From positions 928,001 through 992,000 of the forward strand of contig JAHPZA010000006.1 in NCBI GenBank assembly GCA_019058445.1: a DNA stretch of 64,000 nucleotides, in the 5' to 3' direction. Source of the stretch: Promethearchaeota archaeon. Lineage in GTDB: Archaea; Asgardarchaeota; Lokiarchaeia; Sigyniarchaeales; SOKP01. Shown here one piece after another: positions 9,346 to 19,109 of this stretch (position 1 is its first letter; each line of letters opens with the position of its first letter). A model generated the notes under the pieces. That model made no database searches, had not been told where the DNA came from, and saw only the letters and a list, made by a program, of their open reading frames with translations. The translations under genes were made by a program, and so were the position numbers.

Positions 9346-11169
9346 CTAAAGTTTTTCTCCTTTTATATCTTCTTCATATTTCTTTCTACGATCTGTTAGA
9401 TATGCTGGTATCGGTACATCCCACCACCCTACTGCTGGTGATCCTGTGAAGGGAAATTCCCTTTGTACTTGAATCTCTATAACAGAAGGTTTACTTGATT
9501 TGGCAGCTCTTTCTAATGCAGGAATTATCTCTTCTTTCTTAGAAATCTTTTCAGCATAACAACCGAAAGCTTCCCCTATTTTAGCAAAATCAGGAGAGTA
9601 GGTATTTCCATCTTTATCTTCAAAAGCAGTTCCATAACCTCGTTCCTCACCAAAAGCAGCTTGCTGTAAATCCTTAATTGCAATCCACCCATGATTATTT
9701 AATACGAGAAAGAAAATGTTAGAAAGTCCCAGTTGAACAGCCATTGACAATTCAGAGATTGTCATCATAAAATCTCCATCGCCAACCAATCCTACGACCT
9801 GGCGGTTAGGTTTGCCAATATCAATTGATCCTAACTTAGCTCCGATAGTCGCTGGAACAGTATAGCCCATAGTAGAAAAACCTCCAGCAGTAAGGCATGT
9901 TCTTGGCTCATAAAATTCTAATTCTTGAAGCATTTGAGCTTGTACATTACCGGAGCTAGTCACAATTACAGCATCTTTATCAAAAAACTTTCGAACTTCT
10001 TTCAATACAGTCGAAATCATAACAGGTACTTTGGAGTCATCGGTATGCTCCGCGAGAAACTCAAACCATTTTTTTTTTTCTTCTTGCATCTCTTTAAAAT
10101 AATCTGTTTTTACATAATCCTTTGAAAAATTTTGAGCTTCTAACTCTTCTATAATTTGGTTCAGACATGCTTTCGCGTCTCCAAAAATACCTACTGATAC
10201 AGGATAGTTTTTACCTATTTCATGGGGATCTATATCAATTTGAATTAATTTTGTCGGAGGAATTGAGAAAGTAACGCCATCCTTATAAGAAGCGGCTGTT
10301 TCATCAGCAAATCTGCATCCTACTGCTAAAATAACATCCGCTTTTGATGTCATATTTAAGCCAATCGTTGTTCCCTTAGATCCCGCAGACCAGCAATAAA
10401 GTGGATGATCATTCGGAATCACATCTTTACCCATCATTGTAACAACAACAGCAGCTCCTATTTTTTCTGCTAATTTCTGAACTTCACTCGTAGCTTCCGC
10501 TGTAATTACACCTCCACCTATGAATAATACAGGTCTTTTCGCATTTTTTAAAAGATCTACTGCTTGCTTAATTAACTCTGGATCTCCAAAGGTTCTTCCC
10601 GTAGCTCTTCTTTCTAAAGGTTCAGGAATTTCAACATTTATTGCTTCTGCTTGAACATTCATTGGTAGATCAATCACTACTGGTCCTTTTCTCCCTGTGA
10701 GCATTTGATTAAACGCGCGTTGCATAATTGTTGGGAGTTGTTCTACAGAACTTACTTGCCAGTTGCGTTTAACTATTGGTTCTAAAATTCTGGGCATATC
10801 TGAATCTCTTCCTCGTTCTATTTCTTGTAACACTCCTTTACCACGCATATGCACATGTGTGTCGCCATTAATTACTAACACTGGCATAGAATCAACATAT
10901 GCATCTGCTAAGCCGATTGCGGTATTAATTGCACCAGGTCCTATTGAAGTAAATACCATGAGTGGTTTTCCAGTTATCCTATAATATCCAACTGCGCAAT
11001 GAACTCCGCCCATTTCTTGCTTAGGTTGGATTAATTGGATTTTATCTTTGTTCCGAAAAAGAGCATCCGTTAAGGGTAAACATCCATGCCCCGGAATTCC
11101 GAAAACATACTTCATACCTTCTTTTATGAGATATTTTACTATTATTTCACTTCCAGTATACTTCGCCAT
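9346..11169 (-). CDS. thiamine diphosphate-dependent enzyme (acetolactate synthase/IolD-like superfamily)
   Basis: FGIPGHG, catalytic Glu in KQEMG, TSIGPG, GDGDFMM...LNN ThDP motif. Confidence 0.85.
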   Translation of the reverse strand: MAKYTGSEIIVKYLIKEGMKYVFGIPGHGCLPLTDALFRNKDKIQLIQPKQEMGGVHCAVGYYRITGKPLMVFTSIGPGAINTAIGLADAYVDSMPVLVINGDTHVHMRGKGVLQEIERGRDSDMPRILEPIVKRNWQVSSVEQLPTIMQRAFNQMLTGRKGPVVIDLPMNVQAEAINVEIPEPLERRATGRTFGDPELIKQAVDLLKNAKRPVLFIGGGVITAEATSEVQKLAEKIGAAVVVTMMGKDVIPNDHPLYCWSAGSKGTTIGLNMTSKADVILAVGCRFADETAASYKDGVTFSIPPTKLIQIDIDPHEIGKNYPVSVGIFGDAKACLNQIIEELEAQNFSKDYVKTDYFKEMQEEKKKWFEFLAEHTDDSKVPVMISTVLKEVRKFFDKDAVIVTSSGNVQAQMLQELEFYEPRTCLTAGGFSTMGYTVPATIGAKLGSIDIGKPNRQVVGLVGDGDFMMTISELSMAVQLGLSNIFFLVLNNHGWIAIKDLQQAAFGEERGYGTAFEDKDGNTYSPDFAKIGEAFGCYAEKISKKEEIIPALERAAKSSKPSVIEIQVQREFPFTGSPAVGWWDVPIPAYLTDRRKKYEEDIKGEKL

Positions 11170-11311
11170 AATAACCAGTCACATACTGTTTTATTTTAAT
11201 AAATAAAATTATGAAAGGAGAATTTAAAACTTTAATAATTGGAGATAAGATTTTTTTATAACCTTATCTCAAAGATTAAAAAAAACTAAAAGTTAAAATT
11301 AAGTAGAGCTA

Positions 11312-11476
11312 TCATTTATTTCCAGACTCTTTTTCAAACTCTTTTTTCAAATATTCTATGAGATTATCTGCAAATGCTTCGGTAGGGCATGCAACTCCAA
11401 TGTGGTGTGTAGCACCTTCGGTATGATCATGATGCTCGCACCCACAATCGTCAACATGTCTTTTTTTATCACTCAT
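11312..11476 (-). CDS. small His/Cys-rich protein (54 aa), not in ORF track
   Basis: Manual translation MSDKKRHVDDCGCEHHDHTEGATHHIGVACPTEAFADNLIEYLKKEFEKESGNK*. It starts 28 nt after the TauE stop on the same strand. Confidence 0.7.
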   Translation of the reverse strand: MSDKKRHVDDCGCEHHDHTEGATHHIGVACPTEAFADNLIEYLKKEFEKESGNK

Positions 11477-11504
11477 TATAATACAATAATTGAATTGTAA
11501 CTTA

Positions 11505-12299
11505 TTAAATTTTAAGATTGAAAAGAATGAAAAGGGAGTTTATTACAAGTCTAATGCCTATTACCGTGAGTAATAGTAAAACCAATAACTTAAACTTCTT
11601 TTTGGGGATTCTTGGTGTTAGCCAATGACCGACTTTCGTCATTAAATATGTAATAATTATACCAATCAAGAAAAGAATAATTAAATCCATTGGAAATAAA
11701 TCATATGATACGTATATTACCAACCTGAACGAGCAGACCATAATACTTATGAAAGAAAAATTTCCTATGAAACTTTCACGTTGATGCCCTCTCTTTTCTA
11801 AAATTACGACATTTATGGGGCCTGGCGTCCCAATTAAACCCCCAATAAAGCCGTATGAAAAAGCCCCCGGATATATTATGGAATTTGGCACATATTTCAA
11901 ATGAGATTCTGTAAATTGTGTTTCTTTGACAGGAATTTCATCATTCTCTTTTTTAATTCCCCTAAATTTAGCAACAATAAACGCAATGATAAAAATACCG
12001 AGTGATAATTCAACTATAGGAATCGGCGCTATGACCAAAAGTAATGCTCCTATAGTAACACCAAGAATGCCAGGTATTATATACTTCTTAATTAATAGCT
12101 TATCAAAATACTGTCTGTATTTAATAGTATTAAAAATTGATAAGGTTGTAGTCCAAAATCCCATTAAAACGATTGCTATTTGAATACCTAAAAAAAGAGC
12201 GGCTATAGGAATAAAGATTAATGAGTCACCAAATCCTAAGGTGGATCCTACGAGAATTGCAAAAGCTAAAACAAGCAAGATAAAAATATATTCTTCCAT
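11505..12299 (-). CDS. TauE/SafE (TSUP) family permease
   Basis: Repeated G-x-x-G-F-G and GFIGGLIGTPGP motifs, about 8 TM, PKKKFK near C-terminus. Confidence 0.85.
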   Translation of the reverse strand: MEEYIFILLVLAFAILVGSTLGFGDSLIFIPIAALFLGIQIAIVLMGFWTTTLSIFNTIKYRQYFDKLLIKKYIIPGILGVTIGALLLVIAPIPIVELSLGIFIIAFIVAKFRGIKKENDEIPVKETQFTESHLKYVPNSIIYPGAFSYGFIGGLIGTPGPINVVILEKRGHQRESFIGNFSFISIMVCSFRLVIYVSYDLFPMDLIILFLIGIIITYLMTKVGHWLTPRIPKKKFKLLVLLLLTVIGIRLVINSLFILFNLKI

Positions 12300-12416
12300 G
12301 AGCTAACAATTCTAAAAAATGAAAGATTTATAAATAATTTTGGTAAAATTATCATTTGCTAGAAACTTACTGCTGTAATTCTGAGATAAACAATCTACAT
12401 ATTTAGTAAAATCATA

Positions 12417-13352
12417 TCAGAGAATATCAGAGGGCAGAACCTTTCTGAAAGGTCCTGATAACTTATCTGGAAATCCAGGATTTAATTTCAAAATTGCTGC
12501 AAGATGAAAAACTCCCCAAGATCCACACATATCACAATTAACATCATTCCCATAACAACAAAACGGAACTTCAAATCCCTTTTTTCCTAGATAAAGCGGG
12601 AGAGCATATTTTTTTAAAGGACAATTATTTGTTATTTGCATAGCATTTTGAGATAAGAGCAATCTAAGCACCATATTATTATTTAGAATGAATTTTGGAT
12701 ATTTTTTTTTTAAAGTAATTATTTTCTTCACAGCAGAATCGCGTTCTTTTAGATTTTCCCATTTAAATTCGGAAGTGTCTTTTTTCTTAGGTACATAAAA
12801 TGTGAAAGTTATACCTCTTATTGGTGTTTCTTCGGACAAAATATTAATTAACTCTTCCATAAAATCTTTATTAATATTTGTAACTGTACAATTACATTGA
12901 AGATCTCCTTGAAAATCCTCAGTTAAGTTATTTAAATTAGATAAAACTTTATTGAAGCTTCCATATCCCCGGATCATATCATTAATTTCTTCAGGCCCAT
13001 CTAATGAAATAGTCCATTTTATATTTGAACCTAAATTAAATAAGGGTAATGTTCCATTAGTAGCAATAACATTTTCTTGGAATAATTTAACACCTAACTT
13101 TAATACATCTTTTCTAAGAAGAGGTTCTCCTCCCATCCATAACATTCTAAATATTGAGTGTTTTCTTTTATAATTTTTAAGAATTTTTACCATTACCTCT
13201 GCTGGCATCTCATTTATCTTAGTAGGTGTATTTGGGGTACCTTCCCGAAAAACAAAACAGTGCTTACATTTCAAATTACATCTATTTGTAATGTTTGCTA
13301 AAGCTAATAGATAAGTTTTTTCCATTGTTTTCACTCTTTTTAAGGATAACAA
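12417..13352 (-). CDS. radical SAM protein with C-terminal Cys cluster (twitch/SPASM-like)
   Basis: CNLKCKHC, GGEPLLR, TNGT, ISLDG; C-terminal NCP...CCYG...CDMCG. Start may be ATG 13325. Confidence 0.85.
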   Translation of the reverse strand: MLSLKRVKTMEKTYLLALANITNRCNLKCKHCFVFREGTPNTPTKINEMPAEVMVKILKNYKRKHSIFRMLWMGGEPLLRKDVLKLGVKLFQENVIATNGTLPLFNLGSNIKWTISLDGPEEINDMIRGYGSFNKVLSNLNNLTEDFQGDLQCNCTVTNINKDFMEELINILSEETPIRGITFTFYVPKKKDTSEFKWENLKERDSAVKKIITLKKKYPKFILNNNMVLRLLLSQNAMQITNNCPLKKYALPLYLGKKGFEVPFCCYGNDVNCDMCGSWGVFHLAAILKLNPGFPDKLSGPFRKVLPSDIL

Positions 13353-13375
13353 AAATATAATAAAAAAAAGTTATT

Positions 13376-13969
13376 TCATTTTTTTGAATTTTCATTAGTA
13401 AATACCATTTCTTTGCTGATTATTTGCCATGTTCTCCAGCCATTTGCGACCTTTTCTTTAACATTTTTAATAAATGCAAGATATCCTACATCACGGCAAT
13501 TTTTCAAATTTTGAGCGGGATCTCGATTATATCGGGTATAAATCATTTTCATAAATTGTCCTTTATCTGCTATTGGCATAGATCTTGAATTTACGTGAGG
13601 ACAGGGATTTTCCGATTCGGGATTATAGTCCTTACATTCAGCGCAAGTCCAATAACCTTTAGCTTTCACACAGTTTGATATGCTACATATTTGAGAAGTT
13701 CGACTGCCTTGAGAACATCCCTGACAGGTTCCTTGTTTATTAGTTTTTATGTATTTATGTAATGTTTTTAATGTAGTTTTTATCCCCTTTTGATCTAAAC
13801 CCATTACTGATCCTACATCTAAAATATTCCACCCTTCCCAAATATCTACAATTTTTTTAGCCGCTTCTATACCATCTCCAATATAATAGTCACACCCTAA
13901 ACATAGGATACCACATCTACCTAAAATTCCTCTATCTTCTTCTTTTACTTCATCAAAGTTTAAACCCAG
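13376..13969 (-). CDS. DUF3795-like Cys-rich protein, apparently CTG-initiated
   Basis: Frame is open 55 codons upstream of the track's ATG and adds CGILCLGC. CQGC, CSISNC...KGYWTCAEC...PC complete the DUF3795 pattern. AGGTGA RBS precedes CTG 13969. Confidence 0.75.
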   Translation of the reverse strand: MGLNFDEVKEEDRGILGRCGILCLGCDYYIGDGIEAAKKIVDIWEGWNILDVGSVMGLDQKGIKTTLKTLHKYIKTNKQGTCQGCSQGSRTSQICSISNCVKAKGYWTCAECKDYNPESENPCPHVNSRSMPIADKGQFMKMIYTRYNRDPAQNLKNCRDVGYLAFIKNVKEKVANGWRTWQIISKEMVFTNENSKK

Positions 13970-14159
13970 TTTGAATTCACCTATTGATATGTAATTTAAT
14001 AATTATTACGTGTTAATTTAAAAAGTAAACTAACTTTAAATATTAAAATCATTTGATATTATATAAATCATAAAGTAACAATTTTTTCATCAATTTTACT
14101 TTTCTATACTTAATATAAGATGATAAAGGAAATGAGAAATAAATCAAAAGGCGATAGAA

Positions 14160-14630
14160 ATGGTAGTTTTCGACTTAGAGAATTTTAAAGAAGTTATTAG
14201 TCTTATCGACTCTATGCAAGAAGCAGTAGCTTTAGGAATAGAACGAGAATTGAAAAAACCAAAACAGAAAAAAAAAATTGTTAAAATGGATAGAAGTTTT
14301 ATTCAGGAAGTATCTGGTTTATTGCAAGGTAAATGGACGGTTGATATATTATGGATGATTTTATTTTTAGAAAATCCATTTTTCAATGATATTAGAAGAG
14401 CTTTACCAGAAATAAACACTCGAACGCTTGCTACTAGACTAAAATCCTTAGAGGAAAAAGAATTAATAAAAAGAACAGTCCACACTGGAAAACCTGTTCG
14501 GGTTTCTTATAAAATAACTAAATTTGGGAAAGGATTAACTTTTTTTTTCTTTCCATTTGGGATATATGTGATTTTAGAACGTAATAAAAAGCGAAATGAA
14601 TCAAATAAAAAGATTGATGGGGTTAATTAA
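14160..14630 (+). CDS. HxlR family winged-helix transcriptional regulator
   Basis: GKWTVDIL...FNDIRRALPEINTRTLATRLKSLE...P.RVSYKIT..G. Confidence 0.85.
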   Translation: MVVFDLENFKEVISLIDSMQEAVALGIERELKKPKQKKKIVKMDRSFIQEVSGLLQGKWTVDILWMILFLENPFFNDIRRALPEINTRTLATRLKSLEEKELIKRTVHTGKPVRVSYKITKFGKGLTFFFFPFGIYVILERNKKRNESNKKIDGVN

Positions 14631-14666
14631 AGAGAATTTATTAATTTTTATTAGAAAAAGAAAAAC

Positions 14667-15443
14667 TTATATAATTTTGGCAAAAATTTTCTTTGCTTCT
14701 TGATAAGAAGTATTGTTAGGTGAGAGTTCCAGTAAATTTCCATCCATTAGGTTTAACTTGCTTATTTCATCGTTATTGGAGATAAAACCTAATAATTTAA
14801 GATTATCCCTATCTAATTTATCAATTTCTCTTTCTAAAACTTCTTTTAAATCATCAGGGAATCGATTTCCTAAAACCCAAAAATTTTCAAATTGTAGTTT
14901 CAACTCATCTGTAATCTCGAGAATCCGTTTCATGGTATGAATTCCCATTTTTGAGGGATCGGTAACTATTACTAAATCGGTCACATCTCTTCCTGTTTTT
15001 CTGGCAAAGTGTTCTAAACCTGCAGGAGAATCTAATAAAGTAATTTCGTAATTCTTAGATAAACTGTCTATAACTTTTTTAAGCACATCATTAACAAAAC
15101 AATAACATCCTTCGCCCTCCTGACGACCCATCTCCAATAAGTCAAATTCATCCATTTCTATCAGACAATTATATACGTCCGACTCAATTAATTGATTTTT
15201 CGGAGTATTTGGTGATATCTTAAAACCCTGAATTTTATCTTTTAAGACTTTCATTTTACCACCTAATGTATCACAGAATTTAATCTCCTCTCCGATCACA
15301 TCTGCCACATTGGCATCGGGATCAGAATCAATAACTAAGATGTCTTCTGCTTTTTTGGTATCAATGATATATTTTAAGAACAACACTAAACTCGTGGTTT
15401 TACCAACGCCACCTTTTCCAGAAAAAGCGATTATTTTCTTCAA
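14667..15443 (-). CDS. cooC: CooC/AcsF family nickel-insertion ATPase
   Basis: GKGGVGKTT, DSDPD.N, GEGCYC metal motif, D.PAGLEHF.R. Confidence 0.8.
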   Translation of the reverse strand: MKKIIAFSGKGGVGKTTSLVLFLKYIIDTKKAEDILVIDSDPDANVADVIGEEIKFCDTLGGKMKVLKDKIQGFKISPNTPKNQLIESDVYNCLIEMDEFDLLEMGRQEGEGCYCFVNDVLKKVIDSLSKNYEITLLDSPAGLEHFARKTGRDVTDLVIVTDPSKMGIHTMKRILEITDELKLQFENFWVLGNRFPDDLKEVLEREIDKLDRDNLKLLGFISNNDEISKLNLMDGNLLELSPNNTSYQEAKKIFAKII

Positions 15444-15693
15444 TTTAATATCAACTTAATTATTATCGTTATCTTAAGTAAAGAAAATAGTGTAAGGATT
15501 AAAAATTTATTATCCATAATTTAAAAGATGAATGGGAAATCTAATAAGAAATTAGAATCTTAGTTTTGAAGAAATTAATAATTAATAATTTAACTAATGA
15601 TCTATATCACTTTGATTCCCCATAAAACTATTCCTGGTTTTTTGAAAAAAATATCATTGTTTTTAATGTATAAAAATTTTGAAATCTTATTTT

Positions 15694-17217
15694 TTAGGTT
15701 TTTTCTTTTAAATATTTCATAGCCAATTTACTTGCGGCCTCTGCACTTCTTGCAACTGATGGTAACCCTCCAGCTCCAGTTGTCCATTGTCCACATAGAA
15801 ATAAATTTTCAATTGGCGTTTTTTGACTTAATGGATTAGTAAATTGTTCAACTGACATCTGCCATCCCATAATTGAACCTCTAGGATTATTTGAATATTG
15901 TCCAAATGTAATTGGAGTAGCTAGATCCATAACAGATATATGTGATTTTAAATCTGGTATTTTCAATATTTTAGAGATTGTCTCTATTAACTGCTCTGCG
16001 ATTTTATTTTTAAGTAATGTATATTTCTCATTATTTCTATTTTCTGGATCATATATCTTTTGAAATGGTTCAGGTGTTGCATAACTTAGTACTGAGATCA
16101 GACTTTTTCCTTCAGGACAACAAGTAGGATCAATATTACTATAGATTGTTATTGAACCAATTGGAATTCCTGAATAGTCCGCTTTATAAAGATCCTCCTT
16201 TAAATCATCAGAATTACGATCTCTGTATAGTGGAGTCCATATCATATAATCTTTTATTCCATAATCTTTAAGATCAATTTTTAAACCAAGATAGAGATTA
16301 ATAGCAGATAGAGAAGGTTCACGTTTTTTTATTTTTTCTGCATACATAGAAGGAAGATCTCCTATCGATGATAAATTATTGATTAATAGTGTTGGATTAC
16401 TGTTTGCGATTACTACATGAGAGTAATAATTTTTCTTGATTTTTTCCGTATCCTTGGTTATAACTCCAGAAATTAATTTTCCTTCAAATATTAGTTTATT
16501 TACTTCTGTTCCGTACTTTAGAATTCCTCCATTTTTTATGAAAATATCCGCTAAAGCCTTTGAAAAAGCACCAGCACTTCCTTTTATGTAATATGCGCCT
16601 TGAGAAAAATGAAATGTTGAAAATGCTATCGAAAAAACAGCACTTAGGTCATCTGGAGGCCATCCAAAAAAACCTAAAGGTGCTAGTATAACATTTTTTA
16701 TAATAGGATTTGAAAAATGGGGATTAATTATTTCAGAGATTTTTTTTTTAGATAACCTTTTAATAACAGTAGGATCAAAAATATTACAATATAAATCAAA
16801 ATAACTCTTTATATCTGCTTCTTCTTTTGGAAAAATTTCCACTAATGTTTCGATATATTCAGGGAGTGAAGTTGATGCATAAAAATCAATATAATTCTGT
16901 TGATCTATCCAATGGTATAATTCATTTAATTTTATGAATTCTACACAATTTTCACTTTTAAATTTCCTTAAAATATTATAAACAATCCCTCCCTCTTCGC
17001 AACCACCAGTCCAATGAAGACTCACATCGAAATTAAAACCATTACGTTTAAAGCTCGTGTAATATCCACCGGGATAATCATTTTTTTCAATGATTAATAC
17101 ATTATTCCCTTTTTTTTGTAAGATATTACCTGATATGAGCCCTCCTAACCCTGATCCAATAATTATTACATCATATATTGAATTAGAGTTATTGTCAAAT
17201 GATTGATTTTCACTCAT
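15694..17217 (-). CDS. phytoene desaturase-like FAD-dependent oxidoreductase
   Basis: IIGSGLGGL, EK..YPGG, ATPIT...GSIMG, NLFLCGQWT..GGL. Confidence 0.8.
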   Translation of the reverse strand: MSENQSFDNNSNSIYDVIIIGSGLGGLISGNILQKKGNNVLIIEKNDYPGGYYTSFKRNGFNFDVSLHWTGGCEEGGIVYNILRKFKSENCVEFIKLNELYHWIDQQNYIDFYASTSLPEYIETLVEIFPKEEADIKSYFDLYCNIFDPTVIKRLSKKKISEIINPHFSNPIIKNVILAPLGFFGWPPDDLSAVFSIAFSTFHFSQGAYYIKGSAGAFSKALADIFIKNGGILKYGTEVNKLIFEGKLISGVITKDTEKIKKNYYSHVVIANSNPTLLINNLSSIGDLPSMYAEKIKKREPSLSAINLYLGLKIDLKDYGIKDYMIWTPLYRDRNSDDLKEDLYKADYSGIPIGSITIYSNIDPTCCPEGKSLISVLSYATPEPFQKIYDPENRNNEKYTLLKNKIAEQLIETISKILKIPDLKSHISVMDLATPITFGQYSNNPRGSIMGWQMSVEQFTNPLSQKTPIENLFLCGQWTTGAGGLPSVARSAEAASKLAMKYLKEKT

Positions 17218-17366
17218 AGGTTTTTGAATTCTAAACTCGATATAAAGCTTTACGAGAGAAATAAACTGATCTTAGGTTGAGATAAATCATATGCAGACTT
17301 ATTATGAAAAGCTTTTAATTTAGTTTACTTATAATTTTAGCAACAAAATTACTATAATAATGATAT

Positions 17367-17939
17367 TTGATGAATGTTATAGGGATTTCAGGAACTCCAA
17401 GATTGGGAGGGAATAGTGAAATTTTATTACGGTATGCTTTGAAACCTTTTGAGGATAAGGAGTGGAATATAAAAATCTTCCTCTTAAGTGAATTGACTAT
17501 TAAACCTTGTAGAGCATGTGATAATTGTAGGAAAAATGCCATTTGTGTGATTGATGATGATATGAATTCAATTTATAACGCTTTTAAATGGTGCGACGCA
17601 ATAATTGTCTCAAGCCCTGTGTATTATAGAAATATATCTTCTCAATTACTTGCTGTGCTTGATAGGCATTATGCCGTTGATATTGAAAGACCGCTCGAAG
17701 GAAAAGTTGGAGGTGCAATAGCTATAGGAAGGGGTACAGGTAGAGGTCAAGCAATTACAATAAACGCTATTTATAATTGGATGTTATCACGTGGTATTAT
17801 TTGTGTTCCTGGAGAATTAAATGGAGTTACTGCTGTTGCAGATAAACCTGGTGATATTTTAACTCAAATTAAGAGGTTAAAACAATCAGAAATTTTGGGA
17901 AGAAATGTTTTAAGTATTGCGCAGAAACTGTTTCAATAA
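17367..17939 (+). CDS. iron-sulfur flavoprotein (Isf) / flavodoxin family
   Basis: GTPRLGGNS, CRACDNC....C, SPVYY, GKVGGAI. Confidence 0.85.
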   Translation: MMNVIGISGTPRLGGNSEILLRYALKPFEDKEWNIKIFLLSELTIKPCRACDNCRKNAICVIDDDMNSIYNAFKWCDAIIVSSPVYYRNISSQLLAVLDRHYAVDIERPLEGKVGGAIAIGRGTGRGQAITINAIYNWMLSRGIICVPGELNGVTAVADKPGDILTQIKRLKQSEILGRNVLSIAQKLFQ

Positions 17940-18011
17940 ATATGATTTTTTCATAAGAAGTATAGCAATTATATTAAATAAGATTAGTTAAGAAAATTAG
18001 CCAATAAAAAA

Positions 18012-18824
18012 TTAAGCATTTTGTTCTTGCCTATAGACCGGCGTAATTTTAGAAGTAAATTCTTCAAGAGTATAAGGGAATTCATCCTCACTTGAAATTT
18101 TTCCTAATTCAATTAAAATCTGCCTTGCTAAAAGCCAAAAAGCGACACCTAAAGCCTTTTTTCCCCTATTATTCGCAGGAATAGCAAGATCTATCCCTGC
18201 AAGAACGTCGTCTGTATCAAATAAAGAGACTACAGGTATTCGAGCTAATTGGGCCTCTCTAAGAATAACTTTGTCGGCATGAGGATCAACAATAACAACA
18301 CAAGCAACGTCTTTCTGGTATGTATCAATTATAGGATTTGTAAGACTACCAGGAATAAATCGTTCGATAATTGCTTTACAGCCAAGAGCTTCGCAAAATT
18401 TCAAAACAGGTTCTTTGCCATAACGTCGAACAGATGCAACAATTACTCGATCACTTCCCTCTTCAACATATTTGCTCAGAAATTTGGCTGCTATCTTTAT
18501 TCGTTCATCGGTTTGTGTAAGATCTATTACATATAATCCATAATTGGTCTGTCGATAGATAAAACGTCTGGCATCACCAGATAAGAGTTTAGTTCCTATA
18601 TGAATCCCACAACTCAAATAGAGCTGCTTTTGTTCTTCATCTTTATCTATTATTTTTTCTTTTTCCTCTATCTCTGTTTTAAAATCCTCAGTATCAAGTA
18701 AATCAAGTTCCTCTTCTAAGTCTAAATCTTCTTCGAAGTCTACTTCGAAATCAATATCGACTAAGTCTTTGTCCTCGATTTCCACGTTATCTGTTTCTTC
18801 AGTCTTTTTCTTCTTTTTAGCCAA
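18012..18824 (-). CDS. rps2: 30S ribosomal protein S2 (archaeal uS2) with acidic N-terminal extension
   Basis: YLSCGIHIGTK, RFIPGSLTNP, DPHADK..LREA, DTDD..IDLAIPANNRG. Confidence 0.95.
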   Translation of the reverse strand: MAKKKKKTEETDNVEIEDKDLVDIDFEVDFEEDLDLEEELDLLDTEDFKTEIEEKEKIIDKDEEQKQLYLSCGIHIGTKLLSGDARRFIYRQTNYGLYVIDLTQTDERIKIAAKFLSKYVEEGSDRVIVASVRRYGKEPVLKFCEALGCKAIIERFIPGSLTNPIIDTYQKDVACVVIVDPHADKVILREAQLARIPVVSLFDTDDVLAGIDLAIPANNRGKKALGVAFWLLARQILIELGKISSEDEFPYTLEEFTSKITPVYRQEQNA

Positions 18825-19109
18825 TCTACTTCATTCCATAATAATTCTTATATGAATAAATTAAGAAATTTAGCATAATTTTAATATTTTATTAAAACGA
18901 CTTTCTATCCATTCTTTTACCCTTTTATTGTCAAGCATAATGTAAGCTTTTCATGAATTTTTCAGTCCTCGCAATAATACAAAGATACAAAGGAAGATTT
19001 ATTGACTAATAGATAAATAATAAGTATAGTTAAAATGTATTAAAAAAAAAGAAAGAGGTTAGTTATTAAATATGAAATAAAAAATACTTTAGCTATATTA
19101 TTCAGATTA

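Noticed and set aside
11309-11314. Selenocysteine readthrough at TGA-TAG of the small peptide
   Set aside because: No redox motif context and no recognisable SECIS; TGA is an ordinary stop in neighbouring genes (12417, 13376).
9346-12299. Sulfoacetaldehyde acetyltransferase (Xsc) plus TauE desulfonation unit
   Set aside because: The ThDP enzyme's N-terminal loop (GIPGHG) does not match Xsc (GIxGSA), and no pta or taurine genes are present.
12417-13352. Anaerobic sulfatase maturase
   Set aside because: Too short, lacks a full two-cluster SPASM Cys pattern, and lies 25 kb from the sulfatases; not supportable.
14022-14102. HxlR operator palindromes (AAAGT-N6-ACTTT; AAAGTAA...TTACTTT)
   Set aside because: Short, AT-rich and inconsistent in spacing; likely chance.
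14667-15443. CODH/ACS gene cluster around cooC
   Set aside because: No CODH or ACS subunits are in the window; isolated cooC paralogs are common.
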